Source: an uncultured Gammaproteobacteria bacterium (lineage in GTDB: Bacteria > Patescibacteriota > Patescibacteriia > Patescibacteriales > GWC2-42-12). Taken from it: a DNA stretch of 64,000 nt. The notes below the pieces were generated by a model. It ran no database searches. It was not told where the DNA came from and was given only the letters and a program-made list of their open reading frames with translations. This document shows positions 56,591 to 64,000 of the stretch, in pieces. The stretch spans positions 53,256 through 117,255 of the forward strand of contig CAYSKV010000003.1 of the NCBI GenBank assembly GCA_964431805.1. The letters are read 5' to 3'. The translations under genes were made by a program, and so were the position numbers. Each line of letters opens with the position of its first letter. The first letter of the stretch is position 1.

Positions 56591-57703
56591 TTATTCAAAT
56601 TTTATTTTAACAATTTCTGGATTAGCTAAAATTCTCATTGGCGGGCCCCAAGTGCCGGTTCCAGAAGAAGTATAAACCATAGTATCCTCAGATTTTTTTA
56701 AGCCGTATTGAAAGCCGTTATATAAAAAATGTTCAATAATTTGAATGGGGAAAAGTTGGCCTCTATGAGCATGGCCGCAAAGCTCTAGAGAGATGCCGAA
56801 TTTAGCAGCCACTTTCATTTTATCCGGCACATGCCTTAATAAAATACTAGGTTTATTTTTATCTATTTTAAGATTGGCTAAAATAGTTTCATAATCATTT
56901 TTGTTGTAAGCTGATTTATAATCAACGCCGATAATTTGTACGCCATTTATTTCTTCCATTTTATTATCTAGCACATTAATGCCGGCTTTAGTAATGGCGT
57001 CAATATATTTTGTGTTATCGCCGAATTCTTCATGGTTACCGGTAACAAAAAATTTACCCAAAGGCGTTTTGATGGTTGAAAAAATTTGAGCCAGTCTATT
57101 TAAATTTACATTAGCTTGGCCATCATAAAAATCTCCTCCGATAAAAAGTATGTCTGGTTTTAAATTATCAATTTGGTCGGAAACTTTAGCCGCGAATTCA
57201 TAATTATCAATTGCGCCTAAATGCAGGTCGCTTATAAAAACGGCGGTTTTTCCTCGCCATTCGTTTGGTAAATTTGGTAAAGCGATATTTAATTCTTTTA
57301 TTTTGATATTCTGCGCCGCTATAATGCCGTAAATTATTATGGTAGTTGCTATTAGAAATAAACTAATAATTAGATTTTTTTGGTTAACGCTGAAAGAAAA
57401 AATTTTTCCTAAAAATAAAATTAAATATGCTATTAGGCAGGCTAAAGTAAAATAAAGCAGAACGCCAAACCAGCTAGCAGCGACGATATAATAAAGACGA
57501 ACTAAAATATTGGAAAAGCGGGAAATTAAAATTGAAGCTAAGATGAAACTAATGGGTAAAAAAATAAAAATGCTTTTTAATATATTTAAATAAACTCGGC
57601 TAGTTATGCCTAAAAAATAAATTAAAGATTGAAATAAAAAATAGTGTGCCGCGAAAACGACTGTTAAAATGGCAAAGGCAGCTAGAATAAATAAATATAT
57701 CAT
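56591..57703 (-). CDS. membrane-anchored metallophosphoesterase (calcineurin-like)
   Basis: N-terminal TM helices. DLHLG, GGDFYDG, GNHE and GHAHRG phosphoesterase motifs. Confidence 0.75.
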   Translation of the reverse strand: MIYLFILAAFAILTVVFAAHYFLFQSLIYFLGITSRVYLNILKSIFIFLPISFILASILISRFSNILVRLYYIVAASWFGVLLYFTLACLIAYLILFLGKIFSFSVNQKNLIISLFLIATTIIIYGIIAAQNIKIKELNIALPNLPNEWRGKTAVFISDLHLGAIDNYEFAAKVSDQIDNLKPDILFIGGDFYDGQANVNLNRLAQIFSTIKTPLGKFFVTGNHEEFGDNTKYIDAITKAGINVLDNKMEEINGVQIIGVDYKSAYNKNDYETILANLKIDKNKPSILLRHVPDKMKVAAKFGISLELCGHAHRGQLFPIQIIEHFLYNGFQYGLKKSEDTMVYTSSGTGTWGPPMRILANPEIVKIKFE

Positions 57704-57712
57704 AAAAAATAA

Positions 57713-58360
57713 TTAAATTTCTTCAAATTTTACTAATCTAGGAATTAATTTTATAGTCGGTGCGCTTAAAATGCTGATAATTAATTTAATTAAAATATTG
57801 GCAAGTATTATTTGTAAAACTGTGGCTAATGGCAAACTGCCTAAAAAAGCGATAAAACCAAAAATAAAACTATCAATCAGTAAAGCCACTAAATTAGAAA
57901 AAAAGACGGCGAGTAAATCATTTGTTTTTTTATAAATAATGCTAAAAATTTCAGTATCAATTAATTCTGATATTACTTGAGCTATTATGCTGGCCATTAC
58001 AATTCTTCCTACGGGTAATAAAATATTTTCATAAGCTTCTTGAAATTGCCAAGTCGGGTCAGCTGGCATTTTACCGACTAGCCAGAATAAAATAAACATT
58101 AAAGCGTTTAAACAGGCGGCGATAATAACTACCTGTCTGGCATTATTTTTCCCCCATGACTTATGAACAAAGTCTCTTAAAGTAAAGGTTAGGGGGTAAA
58201 TTATTGTACCGCCATCAACCGCTAAGTTAATAAATGGCAAAACAGTAATTTTTGTTGAGAGGATATTGGCAAAAATTTGTGCAGCCACATAAAATGAGCT
58301 ACTTAAAAGAGGAATATTAATTTTAGTGAAGATTTTCATAAAACTGCTCGGGGTAATCAA
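57713..58360 (-). CDS. DUF165/YhhQ (VUT) family membrane protein, probable queuosine-precursor transporter
   Basis: 215 aa, 6 TM. YPLTFTLRDFVHKSWG resembles the conserved YhhQ N-terminal motif. Tentative. Confidence 0.45.
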   Translation of the reverse strand: MITPSSFMKIFTKINIPLLSSSFYVAAQIFANILSTKITVLPFINLAVDGGTIIYPLTFTLRDFVHKSWGKNNARQVVIIAACLNALMFILFWLVGKMPADPTWQFQEAYENILLPVGRIVMASIIAQVISELIDTEIFSIIYKKTNDLLAVFFSNLVALLIDSFIFGFIAFLGSLPLATVLQIILANILIKLIISILSAPTIKLIPRLVKFEEI

Positions 58361-58389
58361 CCGTATCCGTACGGAAAATTAACTATATT

Positions 58390-60213
58390 TTATATTTTGA
58401 TAAAATTTTCTAAATTACTTAAACAATCTTTAATCTCTTGTTCTAAAGAATCTGTATTTTCTAATTCATCAATTACTTTTACTAATTTTTGAAATTTATT
58501 ATCACCACTAACACCAAGCTTATCTTCAAAACTGCTTGAAAATTTTGTAATCTTTTCACTTTGTGCATTATTTTCTATTGCTGTATTTTCATTATCTGGT
58601 TCTGAATCCTCTATTTTATCTTGATCAAATATAGTATAGTAGTCTATTCCGTAATACTTACAAATCATTTGATAGTTTTTAATTTTAGTTTTTCCCCATG
58701 CTGAGATAATTGAAATAGAAAATTTTTCAATATCAAAATTATTAAGTCTCAACAATTTTGGCAAAGCATATTTTTCTCCAGGTCCTTCAACTAAAATACA
58801 TTTTTTTGTAAAAAATAATTCTAAATTTTCTCGCAGTATTGAACTTATATGTAAATTTTTTTTAGCATAATCATCGAGATACTGTGGGGGTGTTCCATCC
58901 TCTCCATCTGTAGCTGTTGTTTGAATTAAATCTTCTTCTAATTTTGGGAAAATTAAAGAATCTTTTACCGTCCTAATTTGTCGCCAATTTTTTAAAGAAA
59001 TAAAATTTTCTGATTGAGTAGAATAAATAATTTGTAAATCTTCTTGTTCAACAAAAATGTCATACATTTTTCTTTGCCAATCAGTATGCAAGTGAAGTTC
59101 GGGCTCATCAATCATTAATACAATCGGAATTTTTTCCTGTTCTGAAACATAAGAAAAAAGAGCATAGGCAATTAAAATATTAAAGCCAGAACCAAGATTT
59201 TCTGGTAAAAGTATTTTATCACTTTCTTTTTTAGCAACAAAAGCTGACTTATAAGGCTGGTCAATATCTATAAAATCTATCTGAAAATTGCTATCCTCGC
59301 AACAAACAGAGTTTACTTTTTTATTTATTTTTCTAATTAAAGTCTCTTTTTCATCAACAATATTTCTCAACGAACTAGCCAAGGTATTGTATTCTTCTGA
59401 AATTGTATTAGAATCGTTGGTTGCTTCTTTATTTTTATATCTCCAATGTAAATCTGTAAGAATTTTTGAAATAAGAGAATAGGTACCCGCCACATCTTTA
59501 TTTCTATCTTTGCCAAGATAATACGCCTTTGCTAATCCCTTTATTTTATTTGGATTAAAATTAAGACTATATTCTGGGAAAGACGCCTCTCTTTCTTCAT
59601 TAGATTTCAACTTAAATTTAACTTGATAATATCTTTCATTTTTTGTGATATTCGTAGCAACTCCTTTTAATAAATTTTTAATAATTTCTTTTGCAGTTTC
59701 AAGATCTTGAATTTCCGTATCTATTTCTTCAAGAGATAATATTTTATAAGCTTTTTTAAAATCTAAATCTTGATAAATTGAATCATCAATATCGTTTAAT
59801 ATTGGAACTACTGTTTTATTAATTATAAATGGATCGTCTAAAACTCGATCTGCTTTTTGTCTTCTTTTTATAGATAATCTAACCTTGCTACAAGGAACTA
59901 TTACCGATGAAGAAACACCTGTATTACTAACAACATCTATATCAACATAAAAAGGCTTGACTGTTTCACCTTCGATTACAATCTGTTCTTTCATATCTCT
60001 TGCTTCACTATTAAAATCTTTTTCACAAATCTTTGTGGGCAGGTAATCACCGCCAATTAAAAAATTTAAAGCTTCTAAAATTGCGGTCTTTCCACTTCCA
60101 TTTTTTCCAATAAAACCTGTAATCCCTTTATTTAATTCAATCACCACGCCATTTCCGTCTAAACCCTTACCAAAACAACGGAAATTTTTGATTGTTATTG
60201 TCTTTATATACAT
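58390..60213 (-). CDS. OLD-family nuclease (N-terminal ABC-type ATPase + C-terminal Toprim domain)
   Basis: Walker A GKNGSGKT, Walker B VLMIDEPELHLH (the DEPExxLH hallmark of AAA_15/AAA_21 OLD ATPases), C-terminal ILVEGPGEKYALPKL Toprim Glu motif and FDQDK DxD motif. Confidence 0.65.
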   Translation of the reverse strand: MYIKTITIKNFRCFGKGLDGNGVVIELNKGITGFIGKNGSGKTAILEALNFLIGGDYLPTKICEKDFNSEARDMKEQIVIEGETVKPFYVDIDVVSNTGVSSSVIVPCSKVRLSIKRRQKADRVLDDPFIINKTVVPILNDIDDSIYQDLDFKKAYKILSLEEIDTEIQDLETAKEIIKNLLKGVATNITKNERYYQVKFKLKSNEEREASFPEYSLNFNPNKIKGLAKAYYLGKDRNKDVAGTYSLISKILTDLHWRYKNKEATNDSNTISEEYNTLASSLRNIVDEKETLIRKINKKVNSVCCEDSNFQIDFIDIDQPYKSAFVAKKESDKILLPENLGSGFNILIAYALFSYVSEQEKIPIVLMIDEPELHLHTDWQRKMYDIFVEQEDLQIIYSTQSENFISLKNWRQIRTVKDSLIFPKLEEDLIQTTATDGEDGTPPQYLDDYAKKNLHISSILRENLELFFTKKCILVEGPGEKYALPKLLRLNNFDIEKFSISIISAWGKTKIKNYQMICKYYGIDYYTIFDQDKIEDSEPDNENTAIENNAQSEKITKFSSSFEDKLGVSGDNKFQKLVKVIDELENTDSLEQEIKDCLSNLENFIKI

Positions 60214-60219
60214 AAAAAA

Positions 60220-62619
60220 TTATTCTAACTTTAAAATATCCCAGTCCTTATTATTCTCATAAACATACTTTTCTTTTCTATTAACAACCCAGTTAGGATA
60301 TTTTTCAATAACTATTCCGCCGTCTAATTCAAAATCATATTTTGCACTATTTTTCTTTATCCATTTTTGCAACGCCATATTCTTATCAGCGGTTTCTTGG
60401 CTTTTTGCTGTAATATCATTTTTAGGGTCTACTAGATACACTTTCTTTTTTGTTCTTATAATAAAGTCGGGATAAAAAAGTCTATTTTTCTTTTCTTGGG
60501 TGTCAAAATATTCTACCGCAAAAGAATTTCTTCCACTGTCATTTTGCTTATGCCACCAGATAACTTCCTTTTGCGATTCTAAAAATTTAATAAAACTTAA
60601 TTCATTTTTTCTGCCACTATACTCTTTTTTAATATAAAATTTTTCATAAGCATTTTTTAATACTTTTATGTTTTTCCCCTTGTAGTCAAACAAATCATTC
60701 TTTGGGATAATTTCATTTAATTCTTCATAATCGTCCGTAAAACCAATTTCTTTTTCTGGTAATTCTAAATCAAAAATATCTTTTTCTTCTTTTTCTTTAA
60801 TCTCAATTTCGTATTTTATTCTAAAAACTTTCAATGCCTTACTTATGGCTATTTTGAGTGGACTATCTTCCTTTAATAGCTCATTAACAATAATTGAGTA
60901 ATAATCCGACCTATCTAATCCCAATCTAGTGCTAAACCAAACATTTAAAGCCTTTTTTAATGGTCCCCATGATCTAGATGGGTTATATTTTGCTTCTACA
61001 TCATCTTGTTTTTTTAACTCTTCAAAACAAAGCAAATTATAAAGCCTTTCTATGTCCATTAGAGAAAAATGATAATTCAAGTCCTTGCCTTTATCTTTTA
61101 TTTCTTTCGCAAAATTATCAAAGCTTTCAATTTCAGCATTAACAATAATTTTATTTTCTACTCCATTAACTTTTAAATCTATTTCCGATTTTATTTTATT
61201 TTGATTATCTTTCTGCTTGCTTTCGTCATAAATTGTCCCAAATTCTTTATCTAGAAATTCTTTAAAAAATTTCTGCCATTTATCCTCTGGTGTTAGAGTG
61301 TTGAAATCTGTTCTTTGATGATATGTTGTTTTTAAGGTTATTCTTTTTATTTCTTTTTTTAATTTTGTAAAATTAATCGGGAGTTTATTGCCGTTTTGAA
61401 TTTCTTTTACATCTCTAATATGACTTTTATTATAATTAGTAAAAATAAAAGCTTTATTTAATTCTTCTTTTTCATAATGATGAGCTTCGGGCATTCTTTT
61501 TATTCTGCCAATAATTTGTGTATGAAAAGATGGACTAGCTATTTCTCTAAACATAACTAACACCTCGGCTCGAGGACAATCCCAACCAGTAGCAGGAGCC
61601 ACTTTAAAAATCATAAAATTAACCTTATTATCATTCTTTTCAATCAACTCCAGATTCTTTTTATTCTCACCACTACCCGATAGCCATATTGCAATTTCAT
61701 TATCCTTAACACCTTTCTTTTTTAAATAAGACAAAACTAAATTTTTTAAATTAGTTTGTACTTCTTCCTTTTCTTTAAAATCGCTTGGTAATTGTATCAA
61801 AACAAGCGGGTTAATATTAAGCCCCAACTCTTTATAATATTTTAGTAATTCTAATCTTTTATTATAAGCAAGCTCAAGCATTATTTCATCTTCGGACAAT
61901 TTTTTATTATCTATTTTATTGATATCTTCCTCGGTCTGTATAATAAGTTTTTCTTTTATTAAACCGCTTGCAATAACATCGCTTTCTAAAGCCTCAACAA
62001 ATCCTGCTTTCTTTTGAGAAACATCACTAATACTTGGTAAATCTTTGGGCGTGGCGGTAATTTTTAAAATAATTCTCGGGTCAATTAAATCTACAACTTC
62101 ATTTGCTAGTTTAGTGTCTGTTTCTGTATGTGCTTCATCAATAATTAAGACAATATCTCTTTCTTTCCTTGTTCTCTGTATAAAGTCATCAAAAACCGCT
62201 TCACCGCCATAACCAACTCCACCGCTCTTTCTTAATTTTTTTGATTCTTTGTCTGTCCCTTTTATTTTAGACCAGTTAATAAAAAAGATGTTATTTTTAT
62301 ATAATTTCCCCTCGCTTAAATTATTAATATCTTTCAAATTCATGTCTGTTCCCTCATTAAAATAATGATATAGTTTATCCTTAGATTGAGAATATGATTC
62401 ATCACCGCCAAAAGAAACCCAAACATAGGCCTTGTCTTCATGGAACTGATAATTATCATCGAGGCATTTTAAAAATTCTGCCATCATTATAGTTTTTCCT
62501 GCACCTGTCGGAGCCTTAAAAACTAAAGGGATTCTATAATTTCCTGTTTTCCACAAATCTAAAAAAGTTAAACTTAATTGGTCTATGGATAATTTTTGAA
62601 AATCTTTTAATTCCATCAT
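60220..62619 (-). CDS. res: Type III restriction enzyme Res subunit (SF2 helicase-like + C-terminal PD-(D/E)xK nuclease)
   Basis: Motif I KAPTGAGKT, motif II IIDEAH, motif VI QIIGRIKR. C-terminal YPDFII...YLVDPK nuclease-like motif. Immediately downstream of a Mod-type methyltransferase. Confidence 0.7.
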   Translation of the reverse strand: MMELKDFQKLSIDQLSLTFLDLWKTGNYRIPLVFKAPTGAGKTIMMAEFLKCLDDNYQFHEDKAYVWVSFGGDESYSQSKDKLYHYFNEGTDMNLKDINNLSEGKLYKNNIFFINWSKIKGTDKESKKLRKSGGVGYGGEAVFDDFIQRTRKERDIVLIIDEAHTETDTKLANEVVDLIDPRIILKITATPKDLPSISDVSQKKAGFVEALESDVIASGLIKEKLIIQTEEDINKIDNKKLSEDEIMLELAYNKRLELLKYYKELGLNINPLVLIQLPSDFKEKEEVQTNLKNLVLSYLKKKGVKDNEIAIWLSGSGENKKNLELIEKNDNKVNFMIFKVAPATGWDCPRAEVLVMFREIASPSFHTQIIGRIKRMPEAHHYEKEELNKAFIFTNYNKSHIRDVKEIQNGNKLPINFTKLKKEIKRITLKTTYHQRTDFNTLTPEDKWQKFFKEFLDKEFGTIYDESKQKDNQNKIKSEIDLKVNGVENKIIVNAEIESFDNFAKEIKDKGKDLNYHFSLMDIERLYNLLCFEELKKQDDVEAKYNPSRSWGPLKKALNVWFSTRLGLDRSDYYSIIVNELLKEDSPLKIAISKALKVFRIKYEIEIKEKEEKDIFDLELPEKEIGFTDDYEELNEIIPKNDLFDYKGKNIKVLKNAYEKFYIKKEYSGRKNELSFIKFLESQKEVIWWHKQNDSGRNSFAVEYFDTQEKKNRLFYPDFIIRTKKKVYLVDPKNDITAKSQETADKNMALQKWIKKNSAKYDFELDGGIVIEKYPNWVVNRKEKYVYENNKDWDILKLE

Positions 62620-62620
62620 A

Positions 62621-64000
62621 TTATTTTAACTTATCTTTGAGGGTTAAATTAATCTCTTTATACATCTCTAATATTGGTTCTGGAATATCCTCAACTGTTA
62701 TGTTTTTATTTAAATACTTAAAAAGTTTTTTATCTACTCGTCCGTAAGAAAAAACATACAACACGGTTCTTTTATCTTCTATTTTCTTTACTAACTCCTC
62801 GAATTTATCCATATCTTCTCTAAAGTAAATTGCAGTTTTTCTAGTCTTATCTCTGCTTTCAAAAATTTGATACCAATCACAAACCTCGACTTCATTAAAA
62901 GTATTTTCTTTAATTGCAATCATTTGTCCTGCTTTTTGTGTCAATTCATTTCTTTTTTTATCACTTATACTGTCAATTCTATCTACTGAAATTAAATCAG
63001 TTTTAAAATATTGTAAATTACCACCCAATCCATCAATTTTTTCTTTCTTTTTGCTTTTTTTAATATAACCTTTGATAATTTTTTCAATTCTTGGATAACA
63101 AACCTCTTCTGCGATTTCACCCTCATTATTAGTGCAAAGAATAAATTTTCTTTTCCCGTTATCTTCTTTATTAAAATCTAAAACCGCCTCGCCAGTTGTT
63201 CCAGAACCAGCAAAAAAATCAAGAATTATCGCATCAGTCGGAATATGAGCAATTCTTATTAAATGTTCCACTAATTCCTTGGGTTTAGAATATGGAAAAT
63301 CTAAATCTAAAGTCTTAAGATAATCCGTTCCTCTTCTGTTTAAAAACTTTTTATCAGTTAAAAAATTTCTTGGTTTTTTTCCTTTCCCTTTTCTTTCATC
63401 TAAATAACTTTTTGTATAAATGTTATATTTTGCTTGATTTCCATTCTCGTCTAACAAAGGGGATGTTTTTGTTTTTTTGAACACAAGTAAATGTTTATTG
63501 TCTTTAAATCCATTATCAATAGACCATCTCCAAACACCATCGCCTTTTTCTGGCTTTGCTTTTGATCCTTCTTCTTTTTTAACAGGCATGGATTTACCGG
63601 GCGGAATTACTAAAGAACCATCTGGACATTTGATAAAATATCTTTGATTGGGTCTAGTGTCCAAAGAAGATTGATACAAAGCGATATCGTCCCTATATTT
63701 CCCATTTTCATCTTCTTTAGTATAAAGGTCTTCATCGACTTCATCATAAAAATTACTTGTATCTATATGCTTTTTATTCTTTGCATAACAAACAACATAA
63801 TCACAAGACGGAGCAAAATGATTACCTTTATCACTTGCCGTCTTTGAAATTCTTGATATAAGCGTTAAAAAATTTTCTGGTCTAAATATTTTACTGCATA
63901 ATAAATTTAAATTAGAAACTTCTTGTTCGCCAATTGATATAAAAATTACACCATCTTCTTTTAATAAATTTTTGGATAATTCAATTCTCTTTTCCATCAT
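62621..64000 (-). CDS. mod: Type III (beta-class) N6-adenine DNA methyltransferase Mod subunit, partial (N-terminus outside window)
   Basis: Motif I DFFAGSGTT located in the C-terminal third, preceded by a variable target-recognition region. This layout is typical of Type III Mod. Confidence 0.7.
   Translation of the reverse strand: MMEKRIELSKNLLKEDGVIFISIGEQEVSNLNLLCSKIFRPENFLTLISRISKTASDKGNHFAPSCDYVVCYAKNKKHIDTSNFYDEVDEDLYTKEDENGKYRDDIALYQSSLDTRPNQRYFIKCPDGSLVIPPGKSMPVKKEEGSKAKPEKGDGVWRWSIDNGFKDNKHLLVFKKTKTSPLLDENGNQAKYNIYTKSYLDERKGKGKKPRNFLTDKKFLNRRGTDYLKTLDLDFPYSKPKELVEHLIRIAHIPTDAIILDFFAGSGTTGEAVLDFNKEDNGKRKFILCTNNEGEIAEEVCYPRIEKIIKGYIKKSKKKEKIDGLGGNLQYFKTDLISVDRIDSISDKKRNELTQKAGQMIAIKENTFNEVEVCDWYQIFESRDKTRKTAIYFREDMDKFEELVKKIEDKRTVLYVFSYGRVDKKLFKYLNKNITVEDIPEPILEMYKEINLTLKDKLK

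Noticed and set aside
58361-58389. Possible preQ1 riboswitch upstream of the YhhQ-like transporter (hairpin CCGTA-cgga-TACGG)
   Set aside because: The preQ1 aptamer would have to sit in this 29-nt gap. It is too short and shows none of the conserved loop/A-rich-tail pattern, so it is more likely an intercistronic hairpin.
1-64000. Looked for CRISPR arrays, rRNA genes, transposases/IS elements and integrases
   Set aside because: No regularly spaced direct repeats with unique spacers, no rRNA-like conserved blocks, and no transposase- or integrase-like ORFs. Mobile signatures are limited to the small inverted-repeat elements and the tRNA fragment.

Overview
Low-GC (about one third GC by eye), gene-dense bacterial chromosomal segment. 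Most of it is housekeeping genes: prmC-prfA, rpmE, rpsB-tsf, gap, pgk, eno, two tandem gpmI, ackA, murJ, lepA, recJ, rnhA, rarA, uppS, cca, ftsEX. It also holds five tRNAs, all with C34 anticodons, and a bacterial type-A RNase P RNA. The gene content and style (small genome feel, type IV pilin + PilT, QueH and a candidate YhhQ transporter for queuosine salvage, scattered glycolysis genes, few biosynthetic genes) suggest a Patescibacteria/CPR-like or similarly reduced bacterium. That assignment is inference only.

Non-routine content, in order of interest:
1. A defense island at the right edge: a Type III R-M mod (truncated by the window) and res, followed by an OLD-family ABC-ATPase/Toprim nuclease.
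2. A dispersed intergenic module present at six loci: an AT palindrome, a TATAAT box, and a 5' hairpin whose GC clamp shows compensatory changes. It sits directly upstream of start codons.
3. Two 88-bp elements with 13-bp perfect terminal inverted repeats (core CCCCGTTAGAA plus two covarying bases, inside 17-bp imperfect arms) that supply stop and start codons to flanking genes.
4. A 27-nt tRNA-Thr 3' fragment repeated 75 bp from the intact gene, resembling an att-site footprint.
5. An NADH-linked [FeFe]-hydrogenase cluster: NuoF-like subunit, HydA, a small TM1266-like protein and a ferredoxin.
6. A small-ORF islet with unusually strong Shine-Dalgarno sites between tRNA-Val and rnpB.
7. Several promoter/terminator-bounded noncoding units that may be sRNAs.

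I found no rRNA, no CRISPR array and no transposase.
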